Position numbers and translations under genes: made by a program
DNA from: Pyrinomonadaceae bacterium
GTDB lineage: Bacteria > Acidobacteriota > Blastocatellia > Pyrinomonadales > Pyrinomonadaceae
Assembly: GCA_039920905.1 (NCBI GenBank)
Contig: JBDSCV010000214.1
Span: forward strand, 1 to 39,523
Direction: 5' to 3'
Length of the DNA stretch: 39,523 nt
Part shown: positions 1 to 8,020 of the stretch, piece after piece
How the letters are laid out: each line of letters opens with the position of its first letter
Numbering within the stretch: the stretch's first letter is position 1
The notes under the pieces: model-generated
What the model saw: only the letters and a program-made list of their open reading frames with translations
What the model was told of the DNA's origin: nothing
Database searches by the model: none

Positions 1-1064
1 ATGAAAAGATCGGGAATCCAGTTCGCCAGATTCAGGTTGTGCGTGCGGCTCGCGTCGTCGCCGGTGTTGTCGCGGAGCTCGAGAAAATCATCAATATCGG
101 CATGCCAGGTCTCGAGGTAGACACAGCAGGCACCCTTGCGTTTCCCCCCCTGATTTACGGCCGCGACGCTTGAGTCAAGCGTCTTGAGCCACGGCACGAT
201 GCCATTCGAGTGGCCATTGGTACCGCGAATAAGCGAACCGCGTGAACGCACTCGGTGATACGCGATGCCAATGCCGCCAGAGAATTTCGAGAGCATCGCC
301 ACGTCGGCATATTTTTTATAAATACTGTCGAGGCTGTCGAGCGGAGAATCGAGCAGGAAGCAACTTGAGAGTTGTTCATGCTGCGTACCCGAATTAAAAA
401 GCGTCGGTGTGCTCGGAACATATTCGAGCGATGAAAAAAGATCGTAGAGATCGATCGCTTCGTACGGATTTTCCGAAAGGCCGCAGGCGACACGCATCCA
501 AAAAAACTGGGGCGTTTCTATTACGTCGCGAGTCAATGGATTTTTTAGCAAATAACGGTCATATAATGTGCGCAGTCCGAAAAACTCAAACAGATCGTTC
601 CGCGAGTTGTCGATCGCGTCATTGAGCTTGCGGCTGTTTTCGATAACAAAATTTGCGACGCGCTCGCCGATCAACCCTTCCTTGACGCCAAAAGCGATCG
701 ACTGTGAAAAGGAATGGATCTCCTGATTGCGGACTTCTTTCTCAACATATTGATTTAAGAGCCGTGCACCGAGGCGCGAATATTCCGGCTCTTCAAAAAT
801 GAGGCTCGCCGCGGTTTGGATCGACAGCTTATCAAGCTCCTGCGTGGTCGCGCCGTCATACAGGCCACTGATCGTCTTCGTCGCGATCCGGAGACTGTCC
901 ACCGACGGCAGATTGACGCAGCAGCGGGTGATCGCGCGGACGATCTTATTGATATCAACAGCTTCGAGCGAGCCGTTTCGCTTGCGAACCTGCATCGAGG
1001 TTTGGGCCGAATTGTCTGTCTGGCGTGAGGCGCCGGTACCTGTTGTTGCGAGGAATCTATCCAT
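1..1064 (-). CDS. ribonucleoside-diphosphate reductase large (alpha) subunit, N-terminal ~354 codons; the 3' end runs off the window
   Basis: Absent from the ORF track because it is open at the window edge. My minus-strand translation from the ATG at 1064-1062 reads MDRFLATTG..MQVRKRNGSLEAVDINKIVRAI (ATP-cone-like) .. PTLFNSGTQHEQLSSCFLL .. GGKRKGACCVYLETWHADIDDFLELRDN. These are the conserved RNR catalytic-subunit blocks. Class I versus class II cannot be settled from this fragment. Confidence 0.9.
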   Translation of the reverse strand, partial: MDRFLATTGTGASRQTDNSAQTSMQVRKRNGSLEAVDINKIVRAITRCCVNLPSVDSLRIATKTISGLYDGATTQELDKLSIQTAASLIFEEPEYSRLGARLLNQYVEKEVRNQEIHSFSQSIAFGVKEGLIGERVANFVIENSRKLNDAIDNSRNDLFEFFGLRTLYDRYLLKNPLTRDVIETPQFFWMRVACGLSENPYEAIDLYDLFSSLEYVPSTPTLFNSGTQHEQLSSCFLLDSPLDSLDSIYKKYADVAMLSKFSGGIGIAYHRVRSRGSLIRGTNGHSNGIVPWLKTLDSSVAAVNQGGKRKGACCVYLETWHADIDDFLELRDNTGDDASRTHNLNLANWIPDLF

Positions 1065-1262
1065 ATCGAGTTGTCAATAATCCCTGCGTTATAACCGTTA
1101 GGAATAACGGGGCGAAAAGCGTTCTGGGCGGATTTTGAGGGCAAAATTCCTCTGATCCTGCTTCGTAAAACTCGAGGCAAGGCCACCGCTTAAACGAAAA
1201 TATTTGGTAGTTGCAGGCGGGTCTTTGGGCGTTTCTCTCAAAGGCGAATCCTGCAGTGCTAT

Positions 1263-1308
1263 AGACTATATGGTAGTCAAAGTCGGTTGTCAACACAAAA
1301 TGTAGTGG
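1263..1308 (-). promoter_or_regulatory. sigma70-type promoter for the RNR gene, overlapped by two candidate NrdR boxes
   Basis: The minus strand reads TTGACA (plus 1293-1288), a 17-nt spacer, then TATAGT (plus 1270-1265). Two 16-mers resemble the NrdR-box consensus acaCwAtATaTwGtgt: plus 1293-1308 ACACAAAATGTAGTGG and plus 1263-1278 AGACTATATGGTAGTC. Their centres are about 30 bp apart, and one covers the -35 and the other the -10. This leaves a ~190-nt 5' leader. Confidence 0.5.
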
Positions 1309-1454
1309 TTTTAAAACTTTCTGCTAACCCTAAGGCTTGCAACACTTAGCGCGCGCGGTCTAACGTAGAGGATTAAATTGCATTTAACACACGCGTAACG
1401 TCTACTGGGTCAATTATTTAGATGGATTTTGGGGGAGAATGAGTTTTATTGATG

Positions 1455-2216
1455 CTACTCGACGACTAACTCGTCAAACGCAAATCGTACGCTTTCCGGC
1501 AAGAGTTTTGTATCGCGTACGTGCAGGATATCGTGATTGAGATGCGTGAGAAATGCTCGTTTGGGTTTCAAGTCTTCGATTATCGCGAGAGCCTCCTCCA
1601 GACAGAGATGCGTGGGATGCTGTTTGATACGAACACAATCTAAAACGAGTACATCGAGATCTCGCAGCCCGTCCATCGTGGCGGGCGGAATCACTTTGAG
1701 ATCGGTAGCGTATGCAAAATCGTTAAGACGGTATGCCATAACGGGAAGCTCGCCGTGCGTCACCTCAAGCGGTGTGATCTCGATATCCGAGCCGATACAA
1801 AATGGAGCGTAAGGCTCGACAGTGTGGGGGATCAATTGCGGCAGACCGCCGCCAAAATGAGATGGTCTAAAAATATATTGAAAAATACGGCGCAGATCGG
1901 CCCACGCGATCTCGTTCGCATAGACGCCCATGGCGCCGTGGCGGAAATTTAACGGGCGAATATCATCGAGGCCAAAAACATGATCGACATGGCAGTGCGT
2001 TATCAGTACGGCGTCAAGATGGTTGATCTTTGCCCGCAGGGCCTGCTGACGAAAATCTATCGATGTGTCAACAAGAATTTTTTTACCGCAATGCTCGATC
2101 AGAATCGAAACGCGCAGGCGCTTGTCATGGGGATCATCCGACAGGCACGTCTCGCAATCGCAACCGATCGAGGGAACGCCGGTCGATGTGCCAGTGCCTA
2201 GAAAGGTGAGTTTCAT
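1455..2216 (-). CDS. MBL-fold metallo-hydrolase (PhnP/ElaC-like)
   Basis: 253-aa ORF. N-terminus is MKLTFLGTGTSTGVPSIGCDCETC and it carries the metallo-beta-lactamase motif THCHVDHVFGLDD. Confidence 0.85.
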   Translation of the reverse strand: MKLTFLGTGTSTGVPSIGCDCETCLSDDPHDKRLRVSILIEHCGKKILVDTSIDFRQQALRAKINHLDAVLITHCHVDHVFGLDDIRPLNFRHGAMGVYANEIAWADLRRIFQYIFRPSHFGGGLPQLIPHTVEPYAPFCIGSDIEITPLEVTHGELPVMAYRLNDFAYATDLKVIPPATMDGLRDLDVLVLDCVRIKQHPTHLCLEEALAIIEDLKPKRAFLTHLNHDILHVRDTKLLPESVRFAFDELVVE

Positions 2217-2218
2217 AA

Positions 2219-2300
2219 AAGTCTGGGAAGTCTAGAAAGTCCGGAAGTCTAGGAGTTCGCTCAAATTCTTACTAGACTTTCTGGCCTGCCTAGACTTTCT
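2219..2300. repeat. array of phased AAGTC(T)(A/G)G motifs followed by inverted CTAGACTT copies
   Basis: AGTC starts at 2220, 2229, 2238 and 2246 (spacing 9, 9, 8). AAGTCTAG is at 2228-2235 and 2245-2252. Its reverse complement CTAGACTT is at 2272-2279 and 2290-2297; the second copy overlaps the DUF1844 stop codon. Confidence 0.8.
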
Positions 2301-2829
2301 TTCCGAGAATATCGGCGCCCGATAAATTTTGGGTCGCCTGGGCCTTTAATTTCTCTTCGGTTGCCCGCACCAGTTGGACATACTGCATTCGCAGGTCGCC
2401 TAGAAGTCCTTCGAGCAATCGGCTTTCCTGCGGGTGGAGATTGCCGTTTGTCTTTTCCTTGACCATTCCGAGGACGTCGAGCCAATATTTTCCGGTTTCG
2501 AGGTCCAAGCTTCGCTGCCCGGTGGCGGGATGTGGAACCGCGCCCAGTGCTGCCGCTGCGTTGGTCGCCAGCGTTGAGAGAAAATTTACGAAGCTCGCCG
2601 GATCTTGCGCCCCGGGAATTTCTCCGATCTCGTCGCCCGCCTCCGGGTCAGAAGCAGAGTCTTCTGCAGCTTCATCACCAACTGGCGCTGTCTCCGGTTC
2701 CGGCACGGGCTCTGTTACCTTCGCCGGTTCGAGCGTCACGCCATCTCTGAGCGAACCATCCGCATTGAATTTTCGCTTGTCAGCGACCTTATAACTTACT
2801 TCTTCCTGATTATCGTCGTTGCCGATCAT
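2290..2829 (-). CDS. DUF1844 domain-containing protein
   Basis: 179-aa ORF with an acidic N-terminal half. The C-terminal block FVNFLSTLATNAAAALG..HPATGQRSLDLETGKYWLDVLGMVKEKTNGNLHPQESRLLEGLLGDLRMQY matches my memory of the DUF1844 signature. Confidence 0.7.
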   Translation of the reverse strand: MIGNDDNQEEVSYKVADKRKFNADGSLRDGVTLEPAKVTEPVPEPETAPVGDEAAEDSASDPEAGDEIGEIPGAQDPASFVNFLSTLATNAAAALGAVPHPATGQRSLDLETGKYWLDVLGMVKEKTNGNLHPQESRLLEGLLGDLRMQYVQLVRATEEKLKAQATQNLSGADILGKKV

Positions 2830-2892
2830 AATATTGTGGACCTTGCTTTGATAGTAGCATTTCGGGTTTGCGTCTTGGAAGTCAGGCCACCT

Positions 2893-2965
2893 GAGTCTGG
2901 AGAGTCATGTGAGTCGCGAGAGTCGACACAATGGACTCTCTTGACTCACCAGACTCGCTAGACTT
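2893..2965. repeat. four GAGTC then three GACTC (plus one GACTT), all on an exact 9-bp phase; a composite inverted repeat
   Basis: GAGTC starts at 2893, 2902, 2911 and 2920. GACTC starts at 2934, 2943 and 2952, and GACTT at 2961. CTAGACTT is at 2958-2965. The array lies in the divergent intergenic region between the DUF1844 gene and mazG. Confidence 0.85.
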
Positions 2966-2975
2966 TAATTACCTT

Positions 2976-3794
2976 ATGTCCAAATCATTTGATGAACTTA
3001 CTGCCGTTATGGATCGTCTACGCGCTCCCGGCGGATGCCCATGGGATGCCGAGCAAACGTATCAATCGCTGTCGCGGTATTTGCTCGAGGAGGCTTACGA
3101 AACGTTCGATGCGATACATGAGGCAGGGGCGACCGGCGACACGGCCAACCTACGGGAGGAGCTGGGAGATCTACTTTTGCAAGTGGTTTTCCACGCGACG
3201 ATCGGCAAAGAGCGAGGCGAATTTAATATAGACGACGTGACGGCGGGAGTGACGCAAAAGCTGATTTTGCGGCATCCGCATGTTTTTGGAGATGCAAATT
3301 TAGAACGGGCCGAGGACGTGCTCGACAATTGGGACCAATTAAAGGCGGACGAGCGAAAGACTTCGGGGAAGGTTGAGAAGATTCGCGACTCGATCCTTGA
3401 TGAAATACCCGTTCATTTCCCCGCGCTGCTTGAGGGATTAAAACTTACAAAAAAAGCGGCGAAGGTAGGATTTGACTGGGAAAATGCGGGTCAAATATTT
3501 GTCAAGCTGGACGAAGAAATAACCGAGCTGAAATTGGCCATTGAAAATGAGGACACCGCAAACATCGACGAAGAGGTCGGCGACCTCCTTTTTGTCGTCA
3601 TGAATCTAGCCAGACACCTCGATGTTGAGCCCGAGACCGCGCTCAAAAAGACCAATCGAAAGTTTCGGCGCCGATTTAAGTTCATCGAGGACGAACTAAT
3701 ACGTACCGGTAAATCGCTTGCGGACGCCAGTCTCAGCGAAATGGACGATTTGTGGAATCTATCCAAGTCCCGCCACGCTGACCCTGTGACCTGA
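2976..3794 (+). CDS. mazG: nucleoside triphosphate pyrophosphohydrolase MazG
   Basis: MSKSFDELTAVMDRLRAPGGCPWDAEQTYQSLSRYLLEEAYETFDAI..EELGDLLLQVVFHA, then a second EEVGDLLFVVMNLARH repeat, which is the tandem MazG domain layout. I place the start at the ATG at 2976. The track start at 2931 only adds MDSLDSPDSLDF, which is read from the 9-bp repeat array. Confidence 0.9.
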   Translation: MSKSFDELTAVMDRLRAPGGCPWDAEQTYQSLSRYLLEEAYETFDAIHEAGATGDTANLREELGDLLLQVVFHATIGKERGEFNIDDVTAGVTQKLILRHPHVFGDANLERAEDVLDNWDQLKADERKTSGKVEKIRDSILDEIPVHFPALLEGLKLTKKAAKVGFDWENAGQIFVKLDEEITELKLAIENEDTANIDEEVGDLLFVVMNLARHLDVEPETALKKTNRKFRRRFKFIEDELIRTGKSLADASLSEMDDLWNLSKSRHADPVT

Positions 3795-4123
3795 TTCCGT
3801 GGACCGAATGAAAATGGTTCATCCTCCCAAGTTCGCCACCCCGAATTTTCCCTTCTGATTTGTTCACACCAACATTCTTAAAAAAAATCCATTCATCGGC
3901 ATTTCTTTACGCTTGTGTTATCTCCCGCACCGAAAGATTCTACTTTTCCCGGTAGGCTCGATTGGTGAGATACATACGCTTGATCGGGCAAATTGCCTTA
4001 ACAAGGCCGTCAATTCTGCCGATGCGTGACTGGAGTTTTGAAAAGCAATAACGATGAGAGACAATTGCCGGCCGGCCGTTAACAAACGGCGACCGAGTAG
4101 CGGGTTCAAAAGGAGATACCAAA

Positions 4124-4765
4124 ATGGAAAATCAACCAAATAATACGACAGATGCGAAAGCGGACCGGAATGGCGGCGGCAGTGGCCGCTCCCCAAAAAT
4201 GGCTCACGATAAAGAGTCTGATTCGAGTTCTTCCGACACCGGGCACCACGCTGGGAATGCTTCTGGTGAAGTGATGGACAAACTCAAGGTTACGGCCGGA
4301 AGTCTCGTGGACAAAGCGAAGGTGAGCGCGGGCGATGCATATGGGGCAGTAGCGGAGAAGGCGTCATCGGTCATCAATGAGCATAAATCTGAGTTTTCGG
4401 TCGGTCTCACAGGTGTGGCCGATACGGTCCGACGGGTCAGCGGCGCGATCACCGAGGGTGATACTAAAAACGCCGTCACGGAATATGCCGCGCAATACTC
4501 GGAAACGGCCGCGGAAAAGCTGGAAGGGGTGGCGCAATACTTTGAGACGACAGATCTTAAAGGCATGGCCCGTGACGTCGAGTCCTACGGCCGGCGAAAC
4601 CCGGCGATATTCCTTGGGGCCGCGTTTGCTATCGGAGTATTGGCGGCCAGATTTATCAAGAGTTCTCCGTCGCCGAAACCATTGAAGGCGGGAGCTAAAA
4701 AGGAGCTGTCTGCGGATGGGAATGGCCACGCAGCCGGTCAAGGCGCCTCAGCGGGGGCGATCTGA
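4124..4765 (+). CDS. hypothetical membrane-anchored protein (disordered N-terminus, single C-terminal TM)
   Basis: 213-aa ORF with a good RBS (AAGGAGA 7 nt upstream). C-terminus is RRNPAIFLGAAFAIGVLAARFIKSS. It is the first gene of a three-gene cluster with the next two ORFs. Confidence 0.7.
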   Translation: MENQPNNTTDAKADRNGGGSGRSPKMAHDKESDSSSSDTGHHAGNASGEVMDKLKVTAGSLVDKAKVSAGDAYGAVAEKASSVINEHKSEFSVGLTGVADTVRRVSGAITEGDTKNAVTEYAAQYSETAAEKLEGVAQYFETTDLKGMARDVESYGRRNPAIFLGAAFAIGVLAARFIKSSPSPKPLKAGAKKELSADGNGHAAGQGASAGAI

Positions 4766-4785
4766 CCCTAACGGAGATCGAGTTT

Positions 4786-5187
4786 ATGGCACAACAGCAA
4801 ATGGTAAAAGAGGAACGCAGTCTGGGTGAGCTATTAGGAGAACTCGCCGGTGAGACCGGTACGCTGGTTCGCCAAGAGGTCGCCTTAGCCCAAGTCGAAT
4901 TAGCACAGACTGCTACAGCTGCAGGTAAAAATATCGGATTTTTAGCCGTAGGCGGAGCGGTTGCCTTTATTGCGGCGCTGGCCTTTACGGCAGCGATCAT
5001 ACTGCTTCTCTCGCAGTTCATGCCGGCATGGGCGTCGGCACTCGTGGTCGGAGCTATTGTTGGAGTGATCGCCTTTTTTATGACGTCCGCGGCTCTGGGG
5101 AAATTGCGTAAAACGGACCCAATGCCAAGGGCAACTATTGAGATGCTGAAGGAGGATGCAAAATGGCTGAAGAAAGAAATGACATAG
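4786..5187 (+). CDS. phage-holin-like / Holin-X (DUF1469) family small membrane protein
   Basis: 133 aa. LGELLGELAGETGTLVRQEVALAQVEL is followed by two hydrophobic helices and KLRKTDPMP, the pattern I associate with DUF1469. Confidence 0.65.
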   Translation: MAQQQMVKEERSLGELLGELAGETGTLVRQEVALAQVELAQTATAAGKNIGFLAVGGAVAFIAALAFTAAIILLLSQFMPAWASALVVGAIVGVIAFFMTSAALGKLRKTDPMPRATIEMLKEDAKWLKKEMT

Positions 5188-6086
5188 AAAATATTGATCG
5201 CGTAGACGCGAATGATAGAACACCCGCAGGTACGACCGACTCACTGGCCCGCGGGCAATCTGACGTGGGTGATGACACAGACCAAACTGATCAATTAAAG
5301 GATCAAATCGAAGAAACGCGGAGTCAGATGGGGGAGACGATCGACGCAATACAGGACAAACTTAGTTTCATAAATTTATCCGAGCAGGTCTCGGAGCATG
5401 TTAACAACGCGGTCGAAACGGCAAAGGTGGCCGTTTATGACGCAACTATAGGAAAGGCGGCGAATATTATGAAAAATCTTGGTGACGAATTTTCGGGCAG
5501 TTCGATCGTAAATACTGCAAAGAACAATCCATTTCCTTTTATACTTATCGGGCTGGGAGCCGGTTTACTGGCTTACCGGAGCTATTCGGGAAAAGGCGGT
5601 AAAAAGCGCGTCCATCATCTGGAGGTGGCGGGCCGTGACCCGCGTGAGAGTGAGGGAAACGAATCGCACACTGATTCGCCTTTGAATAAATTGATGGGCG
5701 TGACGGATAAAGGAACCGGGGCCGCCGGTACGGCGTACGATAAAGTAAGCGGGGCTGTCGGCACTGCCTATTCAGGAGCCGGTGAAGCCGTAAGCCAGGC
5801 CTATGGCAAGGTTGGCGAACTTGGTACGACAGTCCGTGGAAAATATGACACCCATATCGAGGAAAATCCGTTGGCGGTCGGTGCCGTTGCGCTGGCACTT
5901 GGAGCCGCAGTCGGTATGGCTATACCCTCAACAAAGTACGAGGGCGAATGGATGGGAAACGCTCGCCAGGAACTAGTCGACAAGGCCCAAACCACGGCGG
6001 CCGATCTAATAGACAAGACAAAAGAGGCGGTAACGGATGCGGGTCGCAGCCTTGCGGATCAAGCCCGATCGGCTATAACGGAATAG
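5163..6086 (+). CDS. DUF3618 domain-containing membrane protein
   Basis: 307 aa, overlapping the previous gene by 25 nt. QLKDQIEETRSQMGETIDAIQDKLS is the DUF3618-type N-terminal helix. There are two predicted TM segments (NPFPFILIGLGAGLLAY; LAVGAVALALGAAVGMAI) and a Gly/Ala-rich repeat, GAAGTAYDKVSGAVGTAYSGAGEAVSQAYGKVGELG. Confidence 0.7.
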   Translation: MAEERNDIENIDRVDANDRTPAGTTDSLARGQSDVGDDTDQTDQLKDQIEETRSQMGETIDAIQDKLSFINLSEQVSEHVNNAVETAKVAVYDATIGKAANIMKNLGDEFSGSSIVNTAKNNPFPFILIGLGAGLLAYRSYSGKGGKKRVHHLEVAGRDPRESEGNESHTDSPLNKLMGVTDKGTGAAGTAYDKVSGAVGTAYSGAGEAVSQAYGKVGELGTTVRGKYDTHIEENPLAVGAVALALGAAVGMAIPSTKYEGEWMGNARQELVDKAQTTAADLIDKTKEAVTDAGRSLADQARSAITE

Positions 6087-6110
6087 GCGCTTACCTTAAA
6101 TTATCGGATC

Positions 6111-6142
6111 AAAAAGACGCCGCGTGCAGCGGCGTTTTTTTA
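6111..6142. terminator. bidirectional intrinsic terminator
   Basis: AAAAAG-ACGCCGC-GTGCA-GCGGCGT-TTTTTTTA. A GC-rich 7-bp stem is flanked by an A-run and a T-run, between the convergent DUF3618 gene and mazF. Confidence 0.8.
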
Positions 6143-6466
6143 TTCGGCAAATATCTCAGCTAGGCATTTTAATATTTCGTCTTGTCCTTTATTTTCGATC
6201 TCACCTATTTTTTTTACGAGGCGCACCTTATCTACCGTCCGCATCTGATCGAGGACGATCATTCGCTCGCTGTTTAGAAAGTTGACCTCGATCCGGGTAG
6301 GATATTTTGCGATTGCGGATGAGAGCGGGGCAATTATAACATTCGAAATATTGCTGTTCATCTCGTCGGGCGAGATCACGACGCACGGACGGGTATTCTT
6401 GGCATCTTTGGATGGCTCAGTATCGAGATTGACCAGATATACGTCAAATCGAGCTACCATTGCCAC
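6140..6466 (-). CDS. mazF: type II toxin, PemK/MazF family endoribonuclease
   Basis: 108 aa. ARFDVYLVNLDTEPSKDAKNTRPCVVISPDEMN..IIAPLSS..YPTRIEV..VLDQMRTVDKVRL is the typical MazF/PemK layout. Confidence 0.85.
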   Translation of the reverse strand: MAMVARFDVYLVNLDTEPSKDAKNTRPCVVISPDEMNSNISNVIIAPLSSAIAKYPTRIEVNFLNSERMIVLDQMRTVDKVRLVKKIGEIENKGQDEILKCLAEIFAE

Positions 6467-6702
6467 TCCTTTTTCTCGAAATTCGTTGGTGTGTCGCCGC
6501 CGACAAGTTCGTCATCCTCATTTTCCGACATCGCCTTAAAAGCCTCATCCCAAAGGGCACGCGGCTTTTGCGAGTTGCGGATCAGAATGCCGTCGGGGTG
6601 AAGTTCGAGATCGACCTCTCCGATAATACGGCTGTCCTCAAGCAAGACCTTCGGGATGCGGATGCCCTGAGAATTACCGATTTGGATGATCTGAGTTTTC
6701 AT
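6454..6702 (-). CDS. mazE: AbrB/MazE/SpoVT-family antitoxin
   Basis: 82 aa. MKTQIIQIGNSQGIRIPKVLLE is a SpoVT-AbrB swapped-hairpin motif, followed by an acidic C-terminus. It overlaps the toxin gene by 13 nt. Confidence 0.85.
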   Translation of the reverse strand: MKTQIIQIGNSQGIRIPKVLLEDSRIIGEVDLELHPDGILIRNSQKPRALWDEAFKAMSENEDDELVGGDTPTNFEKKEWQW

Positions 6703-6733
6703 AATTACATTGTAATTACGTGTCGAAATTTCG

Positions 6734-8017
6734 TCAACCCAGCTTAGAAACTCCGTTCATGTAGGGCAAAAGTATTTCCGGGATATTTACCGAGCCGTCC
6801 GCTTGCTGATAGTTCTCAAGTATCGCGATCCATGTGCGGCCGACGGCGAGGCCGCTGCCGTTTATAGTGTGAACGAATTCGGGCTTTGCACCACCGGCAC
6901 GGCGAAAGCGTGTGTTCATACGCCGAGCCTGAAAGTCGCCGCAGTTCGAGCAACTTGAAATCTCGCGGTATGTATTTTGAGATGGAAGCCAGACTTCGAT
7001 GTCGTAGGTTTTCTTTGCTCCAAATCCCATATCCCCGGTCGAGAGGATAACGGTGCGATACGGCAAACCGAGCAGCTGAAGAATTTTCTCAGCATCCGTG
7101 GTCAGCTTTTCGTGTTCGTCTTCGCTGGTTTCGGGTAGGCAGAGTTTTATGAGCTCAACCTTTTCGAACTGGTGCTGGCGGATGAGCCCGCGTGTGTCGC
7201 GGCCGTAGCTTCCCGCCTCGCTGCGAAAGCACGGCGTGTAGGCCGTGTAGTATTTTGGCAGATCGGTCGCGTCCAGGATCTCCTCGGAATGATAATTTGT
7301 GACCGGAACCTCGGCCGTCGGTATCAGGGCAAAGCCGCGATCGTCCTTGATATGAAACAGGTCCTCTTCAAATTTGGGCAATTGGTTCGTGCCAAAAAGC
7401 GCGGTCCGATTGACCAAAAACGGAGGCAGTGTTTCGGTGTAGCCGTGCTCGACGGTGTGTATCTCGAGCATGAAATTGATCAGTGCCCGGCTCAACCGTG
7501 CTCCGGATCCGTTAAGGATCGCAAAGCGTGAACCGGCGATCTTTGTGGCCCTTTCGAAATCAATTATGCCGAGGGCCTCGCCCAGATCCACGTGGTCTTT
7601 GGGCTCAAAGTCAAATTCTCGCGGCTCGCCCCATTTTCGGACCTCAACATTTGCGGCCTCGTCGGTGCCGACGGGAACGCCTTCGGCTGGAATATTTGGA
7701 AGTCCCGCAAGCAGTTCGTGCATTGCGGCGTCAACCTCATCGCGACTCTGTTCGAAAAATGATTGCTGCGTTTTTAACCCGGCGACCTCAGTCTTTTTTG
7801 CAGAGGCCTCGTCCTGTTTGCCGTCCTGGATCAATGAGCCGATGTGTTTGCTAGCCGAATTGCGCAATTGGTTTATTTTATCGGCCTCGCCGATCACGCG
7901 TCGGCGCTCGGCATCGAGCTCGACAAATTTGTCGAGTGACTCGGCCGGAAAGTTACGGTTTCTCAAGGCTTCTCGAACCGTGTCCAGATTTTCTCTCACA
8001 AAATGAAGATCTAACAT
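6734..8017 (-). CDS. serS: serine--tRNA ligase
   Basis: 427 aa. MLDLHFVRENLDTVREALRNRNF is the start of the N-terminal coiled-coil arm, and the class II core includes FRSEAGSYGRDTRGLIRQHQFEKVE and TINGSGLAVGRTWIAILENYQ. Confidence 0.95.
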   Translation of the reverse strand: MLDLHFVRENLDTVREALRNRNFPAESLDKFVELDAERRRVIGEADKINQLRNSASKHIGSLIQDGKQDEASAKKTEVAGLKTQQSFFEQSRDEVDAAMHELLAGLPNIPAEGVPVGTDEAANVEVRKWGEPREFDFEPKDHVDLGEALGIIDFERATKIAGSRFAILNGSGARLSRALINFMLEIHTVEHGYTETLPPFLVNRTALFGTNQLPKFEEDLFHIKDDRGFALIPTAEVPVTNYHSEEILDATDLPKYYTAYTPCFRSEAGSYGRDTRGLIRQHQFEKVELIKLCLPETSEDEHEKLTTDAEKILQLLGLPYRTVILSTGDMGFGAKKTYDIEVWLPSQNTYREISSCSNCGDFQARRMNTRFRRAGGAKPEFVHTINGSGLAVGRTWIAILENYQQADGSVNIPEILLPYMNGVSKLG

Positions 8018-8020
8018 TAC

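Noticed and set aside
155-1186. Track ORFs 155-493(-), 407-625(+), 755-1186(-) and 799-1080(+).
   Set aside because: All lie within the real but edge-truncated RNR alpha-subunit frame (minus strand, ATG at 1064). The track omits that frame because it has no stop inside the window.
1065-1260. A cobalamin riboswitch in the RNR leader.
   Set aside because: No B12-box-like GCCACTG element or the surrounding conserved core could be recognised by eye. The leader is kept only as unexplained structure.
2261-2485. The 74-aa Arg/Pro-rich ORF and other short ORFs overlapping the DUF1844 gene (2441-2794, 2532-2750).
   Set aside because: They are alternative frames of a well-supported gene with biased composition.
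2931-2975. N-terminal extension MDSLDSPDSLDFNYL of MazG, and the ESGESCESRES-containing ORF at 2605-2961.
   Set aside because: The tripeptide periodicity is a by-product of the 9-bp DNA repeat. MazG homology begins at the ATG at 2976.
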